From NCBI GenBank assembly GCA_021613535.1, contig CP075497.1, forward strand, positions 4,898,001 through 4,962,000: a stretch of DNA of 64,000 nucleotides, in the 5' to 3' direction. Below, one piece after another: positions 12,595 to 24,662 of the stretch; position 1 is the first letter of the stretch; every line of letters begins with the position of its first letter. The position numbers were made by a program, and so were the translations under genes. Under the pieces are notes generated by a model. The model was not told where the DNA came from, ran no database searches, and was given only the letters and a program-made list of their open reading frames with translations. The DNA is from Adineta vaga (lineage: Eukaryota > Animalia > Rotifera).

Positions 12595-15141
12595 ATGATG
12601 TTTCAAATTGCGAAATATAATTGGAAATCGTTTCGTTTATCAACATTGAGTAATACACGTATATGGCTTTCAACATTAACAAATGATTGCCGACCAAAGT
12701 CGGAATCTCATTCAGTACCTATTCAAGGTGTAATTAAACAACCGATTAATGCTTCTATCTTTCAACCTTACGATGTCATTGTTGTCGGAGGTGGTCATGC
12801 TGGTTGTGAAGGTAGAGTGCATATATATATAGATCATAAGTAAATTCTTATTATCAAAATCGGTTTTGATTTAGCTGCACATGCATCTGCACGAATGGGT
12901 GTTCGAACACTTCTTGTAAGATCATATTTGAAATGGAGGTGTTATCTTTTAATCAATGATCACATTTTAGATCACTCATAAATTAGAAACTATTGGTGAA
13001 ATGTCTTGTAACCCATCCTTTGGTGGAATTGGTAAAGGACATCTAATGCGTGAAATTGATGCTCTTGAGTATAAATCGTTTTGCTATATTAATACAGATT
13101 TATTTTAACCATAAACATTGATTATTTCTAGTGGTCTTTGTGGTCGTCTATGTGATCAAACAGGTGTTCATTATAAAGTTCTGAATCGAAGTAAAGGTAG
13201 AGCTGTATGGGGATATCGAGCTCAAATTGATCGTAAGTTATATAAGCAAGCAATGCAAAATGAAATATTGAATACACGAAATTTACATGTAATGGCTGCT
13301 GCTGTTCGTGATATTGTTATTGATGAAGATCAATCACGTATTACTGGGATAACACTTGATAATCATAGTTTAATTCCTAGTCAAACAGTAATTATTACAA
13401 CTGGTACATTTTTACGTGGATGTATTAATTTGGGTATGGATGAACAGAAACCAGCGGGAAGAATAAATGATCAACCAGCAATTGATTTAGCAAAATCTAT
13501 TGAAAAACTTGGATTTAAAATGGGTCGATTGAAAACTGGTAAGACTTTATTTAATATTTCTTATGTAAATAAAGATTTTTCTTTATGAATAAATTAGGTA
13601 CACCAGCTCGTTTAGAAACAAAAACAATTGATTTTAGAAAAACGGTTACACATCAAGGTGATAATCCACCATTACCATTTTCATTTTTGAATAAACATGT
13701 TTGGCTCAAACCTGAACAACAATTAGATTGTCATTTAACAATGACAACACCTGAATTAGCTGATATTGTCCGTCGAAATGCTCATTTAAGTCGACATGTT
13801 ACACAAGATGTAACTGGTCCACGTTATTGTCCATCAATTGAATCAAAAATTCTTCGTTTTAAAAATCAAACTCATCCAGTTTGGCTTGAACCGGGTTTGT
13901 TATATATATTTTATAATATAATTTTTTTATTTTTCTTAACTAATAATTTCAGAAGGTTTTGATTCCGATTTAACATATCCACAAGGTTTAAGTTGTACAA
14001 TGCCTGTTGATGTTCAATTACGTATGCTTCGAACAATTCCATCTCTTGAAAATGTGAATATGATTCGACCTGGTTATGGTGTTGAATATGATTTCATCGA
14101 TCCACGAGAAGTTAAACCAAGTTTAGAAACTAAACGTGTTAGTAATTTGTTTTTTGCTGGTCAAATCAATGGGTTAATATCGATTATTTAAGCTTAACAA
14201 TTGAATATAGTCTTGTTTTATATACGTAGAACAACTGGATATGAAGAAGCAGCTGGACAAGGAATTATTGCTGGTATTAATAGTGCATGTAAAGTTTTGA
14301 ATAAACCAATGTTTACAATTAGTCGATGTAAGTCATTTTTGTACAACTGTTTGATTAATACGATTTTTTAAATAGGTGAAGGATATATTGGTGTAATGAT
14401 CGATGATTTAACTTTACTTGGTGCAACTGAACCATACAGAATGTTTACAGCACGAAGTGAATATCGTGTATCACTTCGGTAAGAAAGAAATTGATAAATG
14501 CATAGATAATATTATAGATATCTAAATGATGAAACTTTTCTAGAGCAGATAATGCTGATCTTCGTTTAACTCAAGCAGGTTATAATATTGGTTGTGTAAG
14601 TGAACATCGCTATAATCAATTTAAAACATTCAAAGCAAATTACGATCGTGCGAAAGAATGTTTCAAAAATCTAATCAAACCAATGCAAGTATGGCGTCGT
14701 TTATTAACTTCTCCACCTGAAGCTATTCCATGTCGTGATGATACATTAAAATCACTCTATTCACTTGTCCATCAAGCTCCATATATGATGGATAATGAAA
14801 AATGGTTAGCTTTAATACCGAATGATCAAGGTATTCGTTCAATGCTTTTAGCTGATCATGAATTAGTCGAACGTTTATGTCTTGATGCTGTTTATGAACA
14901 TTTAACAAAACGACAAAAAGATGAAATTGATGAAGTCAAACGTGATGAAACATTTATTATTCCCGATTCATTTGATTATCAAATTTTACAAATATCTAAC
15001 GAAGCTAAACAAAGATTAGAAGAAGTTCGACCAACAACACTCGGCTCAGCTAGTCGAATACCTGGCATTACACCAGCAACAGTATTTAGTTTATTAAAAG
15101 CATTAAAAAAACGATCACAAACATCCATATTAAATGCTTAA
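12595..15141 (+). CDS. MTO1: Mitochondrial tRNA U34 modification enzyme (GidA/MnmG family), multi-exon
   Basis: [95 protein letters not shown]. Confidence 0.96.
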
Positions 15142-15951
15142 AAATATGTTTTGTACAGTTCGTTTTTGTTATTGTTTTAATAAACAACCGTAACAATTAT
15201 TTATTCGATAGAGTTCGAATGATGAATTGTTTCTTATTAATATTGTTTTTATAGAGAATACTAAATGACTTCCTTTCGAATAGCAATTTGTCTTGACTGA
15301 ATTGTTTGTTGTTCCGACTAGAGTAACTAAGAATATTAAATGATATGTCGATCATTTCTCTTCTTTGATGAAAAACATTCAGACGCATGCTTGTGCATAT
15401 TTTATCAAGTTGAAGAAAGAAAATCTTTGGTTTGTATGAATAAGAAATTTGTATAAATGAAAAGATCAACGAATTGTCAAATGAAATTCTTTTCAAATTT
15501 TTTTTATATCAAGCTATGGTAGAACAAGAGAAGAATCGTCAATGTCTATTTCCGATTAATCATAGATAAAAGCGTATTTCTCGAAAAACAAAAATGATTC
15601 GACTATTATTATAAACGCATTGAAAGAGAAAATTAATGTTTTATATTAAATACGTTGTTGTTTTCAAGCTTCTTCTTTCATTTTGTACTATATAACTTTC
15701 TATTCAATAACATCGGTATTTCAATGTCAAAGATATCATCAGTAAGTGTTTTCAGATTTAGTAGTACGTCTAACTTTTTCTTTTTTTTTCTCTCCTAAAC
15801 TAATGACTGTTTTATTGTTAAATCTAATGAGAAAGGTTTTAACCAACAGCGAAAAATGAGCACAAGCGAATAAACAAAAGAAAACATTTGTTCACAATAG
15901 CATGCGATCGAAGAAGTTTCTTATTGCGTAAAAAGAAATGAGTTATTGAGC

Positions 15952-17232
15952 TTATTTATTCTCTTGAAATAAAATATCAGTCAATTCTTCAATAATTGTT
16001 TCAATCGATGCTTCTTCAAGATTACTTAATATAATAATAGATGCATTGTCATTAGGAAAACGAACTAAACAACTTGAAAAACCAAAGATTTGACCGGTAT
16101 GTTGTTGTTTAAGTCGTCGATGTTTTAATCGATGAACTTCCCAACTAAATTACAATAAAAATCAAACAAAAATGGATAGATTTTTTAGATAAACAAATAG
16201 AATTCTTTACCCAAGTGCATAATGTTCTCTTACAGGTTTAAACATAAGATTTTTTGTTCGATTTTTTAATAATTTTTCTCCATATAAAGCTTTATCAAAT
16301 CGATATAAATCTTCTATTGTAGAATAAACTCCTCCTGCACTACGAGCTGTTGACATATCAATATAACGACATGTTTCAAAACCATTTGAATCTGTATTAC
16401 AAATATAACCACATGCTCGTTTATTACGTTTCATTGGTAAGATTTCTTTACAATCACATTCATAACCTGTATCAGTCATATGACATGGTTCAAGAATTAA
16501 TTCTCGAAGATTTGTTTCATAAGATTTTCCTGTTGCTTTTTCGATAACTAAACCTAAGAGGATATACTAAATGAAAAAACATGTTTTTTTTAGTTAATTT
16601 AGACCAAAGATTTGTACATACATTTGAATTTGAATAATTATATTTTGATCCGGGCTTGAATCTTAATGGTTCATTTTTAAAGATTTCGATTAATTGATCG
16701 ATTGTTAAATTCTTTTGACATTTTTCTTCAAAACTTTCCATTTCAGTATAATCTTCAATACCCGATGTATTCGAAAGTAAATGCTTAATTGTTATTTGAT
16801 TTCCATGTGGATAATCCGAACAATATAGCGATAATTTATCATTGAGATTCAATTGTTTTCTTTCAGATAATTTAAGAATTATGACTGCTGTAAATGGTTT
16901 TGTAACACTACCCGTACGATAGATTGTTTGACTAGTATTTTTTTCTTGAAAAATATATTCCGAACAACCATAACCTTTAATAAGTAAGATTTGATTCTTT
17001 CGAGAGAGAAGTACTGAACCACTGAATGTTTTGTAATTAACAAGCCCTTCTAAATAAGCATCAGCTTGTTGAACAATTTGATCTTCGAGTTCTGACGGAA
17101 TTAATGATGAGTCTATGAAGAAAAAGAAAAAAAGAAAAATTTCATTTTATATTTTAAATGATTACTTTTGCTCATTCCACAAAGCCATGAAGACTTTGAT
17201 TTATTCTTATTATTTGTTTTAGTAGATTCCAT
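15952..17232 (-). CDS. Beta-lactamase class C / serine hydrolase (AmpC/CubicO-like) family protein, 4 exons
   Basis: Catalytic SxxK (GSVTK, 16898-16909), LLSNTSG, YxN (PGSKYNYSNSNY.LLG), AGGVYSTIEDL and HTG (QQHTGQIFGF) motifs. Three short GT-AG introns. Confidence 0.9.
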
Positions 17233-17630
17233 CGATTTTACATAAAATGACCTTGTTTATTACTTGTTGTTTTTTTTCTCCGTCTGTTAGAGAAAAAGAA
17301 TAAGAAGAGAAAAAAAGGAAAGAAAAACGTGGGTTAACACGAGAAAAAGAGAACAGAAAGAGAAGAAAGGCTAGTTTGTTCTGTCTTTACTTAGTGTGAA
17401 GAGATCTCGATGATGTGACATAACTACAGAAGAAAACAATATTTTTTTCTGACGTTTAGACTAACTTATGAAATAATCCATCATCAAATAATAGGATCTA
17501 ATTTTCTAGATGACTTATTTTTCTCATTTGAAAAGGAAAAGCGAGAAAAATAATTAGAATTACAAGTCGATCTTCTTTGTTTTAGATAGAATTCCTTACA
17601 AATAATTCTCAATATTCTAATTAACTTGTC

Positions 17631-20600
17631 ATGCCATCCGATGTTATTGTACGGTTAGCAACAACTTCACATGTTCGTCGAGGACGAGTAAGTAATTTCC
17701 TACTTCAACAGAAGTGTTTTGTTACTCTTCACAACTACTCAATTAGATCTATCCAAGTAAAACTGTTTCATATTTTCGTTCTTGTTGGACATACAAAGCT
17801 TGGTTTGTGGTTGTTGCTGTTGTAACTTCCATGTTAACTCTATCTGGTTTGCATATCGGTTGGGAGTAAGTTTCTATTCCTCAATCTCAAAAAAAATATC
17901 ATTTCTTCTTCTTCTTCTACTTCAAATCTAGTTTTCCTATTCTTGTTACCCATGGTCATGTCTATTTTCCGATACTTTTTATTTTGGCACTTTTTTATAC
18001 AATATCAAATTACTTATTTGCAGCTTTACATGATCCTGGTGTTGTTCCGCGACCGAATGCTGATGAAATTCTTCAAACTGAAAAAGAAAATAACATTCAA
18101 ACTGATTTGTAAATAAAAATAATTACACTATCTTTTCCAAAAATTTTTTCTCTTCAATTCTATTAAAGAAACGGAAATTATTTTCCCTCCATTCCACCAC
18201 CGAAAACAATTCTCGTACGAAATTTTCCTTCGACATCTTCTTATTGTTATACATGTCGTGTTTATCGTTTACCACGTGTAACACATTGTTCAACATGTAA
18301 CGTTTGTGTCATGAATTTCGATCATCATTGTCCATGGAGTAAGTGTAAATTTCGATTCTGAATTGATAAAACTTCCCGTTTTTTAGTTAACAATTGTGTT
18401 GGCAAACTAAATTATCGTTATTTTTGTAATTTTCTTCTTTCATGTTCACTAATGTGTTTGATTGCGGCTGGTGGTTGTGGACTAGCTGCTTATCTTCGTT
18501 GGGATAAATATAAAAATGATCCGGGAATGTATTTTGCTTATAATGTTCCAAGTTTTTTCAATGGTTTCATTGGTCTAATGCTTTTTATGACATTATTGCC
18601 GTTTTGGTTTTTGCATTGTGGATTAACGATGAGTGCAACAACAACAAAAGAAGATGTACAATTTAAGAAACATACAAAAGAACGTGGACTTGCACAAAAT
18701 CCAAAATGGAAGAATCTAATCAGTTCTTGGTGTGGTCCTTTACAACCTTCGTTAGTTATTTGAATCTTATAAGGAGTAAAAAAGAGATTTTTAAATGAAA
18801 AAAAAATTCTTTTTTAGAGTAAATTGGAATGCATTGTATGATAAAAATCACTATAAAAATCAAGAATTCATTTATAAACGTGAACGTCCAACATTATTAA
18901 GTAATACATTAGTTGTTCCAACACAAAAACTACGTGAACATATTCGCGAATTAGCATCTAACGATTATTTTGGTTTACGGCAACAAATCGAAGGATTCTA
19001 TCGAACAACCAATGAATCGAAACATCAATCTCCATTGATTCACGTTGAAACAATGAATTGTCTACAAACATATACCATTGAAGTATCTTCATAAATATCT
19101 TTTTCTTCTTCTTCTTTTAATATCATTTTATTATCTGTAGGTGAAACAAATTGGAAATAATCAAATCGATGCACGTTATTTATTAATAGATGGTAAGATA
19201 TGAGTATGAAGATATCGTTTGAATTGAATCGAATTATTCTTTAGCTGTTCATCGAGCGAATATTTCGTCATTTTGGGATACAATGTGGTCTCGACATGTT
19301 TCATCAATTGTCATGCTTTATGAACTGATAGAAAATGTAAATAAATAAATAAATTTTAGCATGATCCGATTTGACATATTTGATTTTTAAGGATCGTTTT
19401 ATTTCATACTGGCCAGATGAATCGAATCCATTATTAACAATCGATGAAATCTATAAAATTTCTTTTCTTGGAAAAATCAATCGATTAGATGTGAACACAA
19501 TTCAATTGAAAATACAAAAAGTTAGATCATTTCTTTGAAATGAATTCCAAGTCAAACTTTTCTTTGATGTAGATCGGTGTTGATGAAACTCGTATTATCG
19601 AACATTTTCAAGTGAAAGGTTGGACAGAAACAAATTTTACAATGGATCCTGTTGCATTATTACGTCTTCAATATACTGTTAATCAAAAAGAAAAAGATGA
19701 AGAAGATCAAAATATTCATCGTGGAATTGTTGCCATTCATTCCTCGTAAGAGTTCATTTGAACGAGAAGAAAATTGACAAGAATTTTCTTTCTAGAGGAA
19801 TCAATACACGAGCTGTTGGTTATATGACTATTGATATCAATCGACGATTATTAATTTGGTATGGTTTTATTAATATATTAAATACAATCACACAATTAAA
19901 TGAACAATTACCAATAAGTTTAATGAATGAAGTATGAAAAATATTGAATAATGATTTAGAGTGAAAAAGAAATCTACATCATTTTAGCATATGTTAATTG
20001 TTGTTTATACAACAATTTTATATCTTTCAACATGGACTTATCCATCCGATTTGAACTCATTACAAGCCATTGATCATCAAATAAAGAGTTTACTTTCTAA
20101 TCGATTTCTACAATTCTATCATAATCCAATTTTAGATCAATTTCAAGTAAATCAACTGATTTCTTTTGAAAAAAATTTATGCATGTCTTTTGTTTGTATT
20201 TGTAGAATTTTGTTTATAATAGTGTAAAGGAACTTGATGCAATTATTCCGTCGAGTATGTTTAAAAACAATGAATAACCAACTAATTGAATAATATCTCG
20301 TCTTTTGTTTTTCTGTAGAAAATTCCTCTTCACCACTTATTATTGATCATAATCTAATTTATTTAATTGATGTAAGTATTGATTTAATGTCAAAAACAAT
20401 TTCAATATGAAACTTGTTTCTAGAGTTATTTGCATCCAAAAGTCTTTTATCTCACAATTGCTCGAAATTCAGATAGTATCTCACAGATAATGTCAACTTA
20501 TAAAATTCCTCATTGTTTTTTCTATCAACAAAATAGTCATCAAGTAATTGAAATCTATATTTTTGTCAGAATTTCAAGACCTTGTTTTTTTTGCGATTAG

Positions 20601-21102
20601 AATACAGATTTAATTGAAAAATATCAATTAAAATTGGATAGTAACTATCCTACGAATGATTTTCGACGTTATTATCAATCAAATATTTCAATTTATCAAC
20701 CGAGTAATTCTCTTCGAAATATTCCTCTGTATAAACTTTCTCGATACATTGCAAATTTCGATCAAAATAACTATGTTCCAATCTTGATATGTCTAGAGTA
20801 TGTGTTTATAGTAATCAGCTTTCGACATAAAACTATATTTGCTATTCTAGTGATATACGAGAAGGTGCTATTGTTTGTTTAATTGCAAATTTAATGGAAC
20901 AATTCATGATCGATCATACAGTTGATATTTATCATCAAGCAAGAAAAATTGCTTATGTATGTCCGACGTTTCAATCAGAAGTATGTTGAAAGAGAATTTG
21001 AAATGATTAGATGAGAAATGATTGTGATTAATTTAGGAAGAATATCGAAATATGTATGAATGGATTGGACGATGGACATCGGATGATCTTAACAATGAAT
21101 GA
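17631..21102 (+). CDS. ZDHHC9/14/18(Erf2)-like DHHC palmitoyltransferase fused to two tandem degenerate protein-tyrosine-phosphatase domains, 18 exons, about 830 aa
   Basis: DPGVVPR, CYTC...[26 protein letters not shown] (DHHC at 18320-18331), TTKE and WCGPLQPS. In-phase splicing then continues into PTP-like FWDTMW...[26 protein letters not shown] and a second remnant PILICLD...VDIYHQAR. Stop is TGA 21100-21102. Confidence 0.85.
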
Positions 21103-21228
21103 TAATACCTGTGATAATGATACTTCTTTCTTTCTTATTTTCAGAAATCGATGTTCTATTTATTTTTAATAATGTTTTAAAAATAAAATTTCAAAAACAT
21201 TTTCGAATAAATCTTTCTTTTTCTCAAT

Positions 21229-21575
21229 TTATTTGTCACTTTCCCAACTCAAATCATCCGAACCTAAAATACAAAAAGAAAACAATCCAGACAATGAAAA
21301 TGAATGCATCAATTTACCGAGATTTTTACGAGCCGAATAACACATTGTCATACATGCATTATTACATAAATCCATCGGAATACCACTTTCACTATCATTA
21401 GTACAATAATCCATACATGTTGCAAGACATTTTCGATCCGTTGGTTTTTGTATCGTGCCGATCACGTCAGGTGATACTATTAAACAAGCAAATTTATTTG
21501 TATTTTTAATACAAAATGTTACTTACAACAGAGAATTAGAAGAACAAGAGAGATAATATATGATTGCAAGTTCAT
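21229..21575 (-). CDS. Small secreted cysteine-rich peptide (CX3CX3C-X12-CX3CX3C), 3 exons, about 80 aa
   Basis: Spliced product MNLQSYIISLVLLILCLSPDVIGTIQKPTDRKCLATCMDYCTNDSESGIPMDLCNNACMTMCYSARKNLGSDDLSWESDK. Hydrophobic signal peptide and two phase-consistent GT-AG introns. Confidence 0.75.
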
Positions 21576-21967
21576 TGTCGTGAGAAGACGAGAAAAAAAA
21601 GAAAATATTTGATAATAGTTTCCTTATCTATTCTTTTAAAGTACGCCTACTAAACGAAAATAACAGCTGTTCTTTCTACTCATCAACGGCAAAAAGTAGA
21701 TTTGATTGATAGTTATCAATAACAGAAAATTTATATAACAAATAGTGCGTAAAAAAGGTCCCTCTAATTTTTTTTCTTCCTCTGTTTGTCGTCAAATTCT
21801 TTGATGAGACTTTTAGTTCTCGTATTTAATTTTATATATTTTTTTTCTAAGAAATCATTACAAAAATGAAAGACATTCAATCAAAATGAAAATTAAATGT
21901 TATAAAAAAAATAAAGCATGAACAGTATTGCATAAATCGTCACAGAAATAAATTTCATCTTTAGCTT

Positions 21968-24243
21968 TTAATAACGTGTTAATCGAAGTGGAAAATCTAC
22001 GAAATAAATGATAGAACATTCTCATAAATATCGATAAATTTCATGACTTACTTTCAGATATCATTCGATCATCATCAAAGACCAGAACAATACTAATTTC
22101 AAATTCTATAATAGAAAATAGTCCTTCTTTTCGAATCGTTTCTTTATCAATATGAATTTACCAATTTTAAAATTTGTTGTTATTAATGTAGGACATGTAA
22201 ATGTTCGTGGAAAAAGCATTCGAATTGGAATTTCTGTGTTTCGAGCAACATCACCATCACCTAGTTGAATGTTTTGAATTTCTGTTGCTAAAATTGACGA
22301 AACATTTTTATCACATAGGAAAACATTCATTTCACATTTACAATCTCGTGCGAATCCTTCAGCACATCCACACGTTTCAATTCTTAGTAATTGTATTTCA
22401 ACTGATTTAATTGGCAGTTCACTTTCTTGTATAATCAACTAAAGAGAAAAAGAAGCAATCATCATTTATTCTTCTCAAGGAAAAATAACAAACTTCGCCG
22501 GATAATGGACTGGTTATTATACAACAAAGACTATCAAGATGACCAGAGATCTTAAATTTTGGTACATCAATTTTCTAAAAAGAAAAGAACAACATCAAAT
22601 CAATGTTTCAGTTTAAATTTACCCGCCATTACAAAAAAAAGCTATACTAACAATTTCATAGACAGACAAATATGTTCCTCTACAGTTTCATCATTCTATA
22701 TGATCTGATTACAATATGTTTATCGACAACAAATTATTCAATGTGGATTTTTATTCGACATAAATTATGTTGTTCGAATAATAAATATTTGATGAATAAT
22801 ATTCACAATCAAAAACATAATAGATCAATAGATCAAATGACTATTATGATTTTAACACATACAAATCGAATTGTTAATAGTTCTGAAACAAATCAAAGAC
22901 GTATACGACGTTATTCTCCAAGAAAAACGAAATTTATTGATGAAAATGATATGAACATGTATGGTTATGAGGAGAATGAAAGATATTTTCGTAATCCACA
23001 AAAACAAAGATTTAATGAAGAATATTATTTACCTAATGAGAAAAAATTCAAAATAAGTACGTGTTATTATTAAACATGAAATTAGTTTAGAAAACGAATA
23101 AACCAAAAGTCATTTATTTCGTTGTATGTTATTTGTCTTTAGAAAATATCAATAAACTATACGAAACTGATCTTGATCATATCGATCGAATTTCCAATGG
23201 AAATGAACGTGATACAAATAAAAGATATATGCAGGTGTGTGCATTCTCCATCATTACTCATAGTATGTTAGGGAACTCTAACCAGAGAATACATCAGCAT
23301 TTCTATGATTTGTTATTGTTTTTCTTCTTAGAATGATGAAGAATTCAACGATGATTACAATTTTAATCTCAACATTGGCAACTATCGACAAGCCGTTGGA
23401 AAAAATGTGGGTGATTATAATACTATAGTCAAAGATTCACGCAATCGAAATGGAAAGAAATATACAAATAATGAAGATTTAGATCAACATGAAAATGATG
23501 AATGAAATGGAAATACATACATTTTGAGCAGTTCGAATGGATTCCGAAGTAATTTCAAATGCACCTGGTTTTGTTATTGCTTTTTCGGCTGCAAGTTCAT
23601 GTTCAGGACTATATTCAATATTGAATTCAATTTGTTTTGACATATCTTTTGAAAGAAATGTTCGTTTAATATCAACACGAAGGAAATACTATAAAACAAA
23701 AATAAAAATTCAATTGAGAAAAGGAGAAAGTTGATCTTACTTGAATATTAACGAAAACACCATGATATGTTTCATATAAAGGCTTATTTGGTTTGCCTTT
23801 TAATTGTATTTGAAAAGGAATTTCTGTTTTTACAGTTGATATTTGTCCTGGTTTAGCTAATTCAATTGTTTGATTGATCAATGTTACTGGCTAGAAACAA
23901 ATTTCACAAGAATTTTATTTATGAAAATTGTTTTTGATCTATACTTTAGTAGAATTATAAAATGCTTCGAAAACACCGACACTTTTTCCACTTAAATGTA
24001 ATTGAACTGAACCATCGACTGTTAATGTAATACCGTTGTGTTTGAATGAAGTCGGTGCTGATATAATCACTGTTCCTTGCATAATATCCTAAACGAGAAT
24101 AGAAACACACTCATTCTGAATATGATACTAATTCTATTTTATTTATTCGATAAATTTTAGTTGAAACCAACGATTAAGATACCTACATTTTCAGCATATG
24201 TTTTTATATGTCGATTAAGACGAATATCAATCGAACCGGACAT
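21968..24243 (-). CDS. VPS26C: Retriever subunit VPS26C (DSCR3), multi-exon
   Basis: MSGSIDIRL..., GKSVGVFEAFYNS, LYETYHGVFVNIQY, IKSVEIQLLRIETCGCAEGFARD.TEIQNIQLGDGDV, FPRTFTCPTL, ENFPLRL. Confidence 0.95.
22672..23505 (+). CDS. Orphan, probably secreted Asn/Glu/Asp-rich protein, 3 exons, nested antisense within a VPS26C intron
   Basis: 133-codon first ORF with a hydrophobic N-terminus. A|gtacgt...ttag|AA (phase 1) and CAG|gtgtgt...ttag|AAT (phase 0) join three open exons to TGA 23503-23505. The gene lies wholly inside VPS26C intron 22575-23520. Confidence 0.65.
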
Positions 24244-24493
24244 TATCTTTCTCAAATAAAACCAAAAACTAAGATGCAATGAAAATGCAAAGATGTATGA
24301 AGTAAAGAATTTTATCGGAATGGATGATTAAAAGTCTAATAAAACTATGATCAATACGATTAACTACAACGACATCTATATGATAGATTCATATCAACGA
24401 TTGTAATAATTCATTGAAATTCGAGCTTTTACGAAGACTGTTTTTCTTTCAATTGATAAAATACATTTTTAAAAACTAGAATCTTCATTTGTT

Positions 24494-24506
24494 GTTACTT
24501 AGTAAC
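24494..24506. promoter_or_regulatory. RFX X-box motif GTTACT-T-AGTAAC upstream of the dynein heavy chain
   Basis: Perfect palindromic match to GTNRCY-N0-3-RGYAAC in the divergent VPS26C/dynein intergenic region. It lies immediately before a 5'UTR intron (gtaagt 24508 ... ctag 24650). Confidence 0.7.
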
Positions 24507-24662
24507 GGTAAGTGTAAAATTTTGCATAATGGAACAATCAACGATTGTAAAATGTTAGACGAAAAAAGTGAAATTTCGAGAAATAAAAGAACTCATACGA
24601 TTCTTCTTTTCATTAGAATTATATAATAACAAAATAAAATTTTCTTCTAGAGTGTTGTAAAA

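Noticed and set aside
15197-15496. 99-aa minus-strand ORF after MTO1
   Set aside because: TTG start, low-complexity AT-rich composition, no recognisable domain or exon structure.
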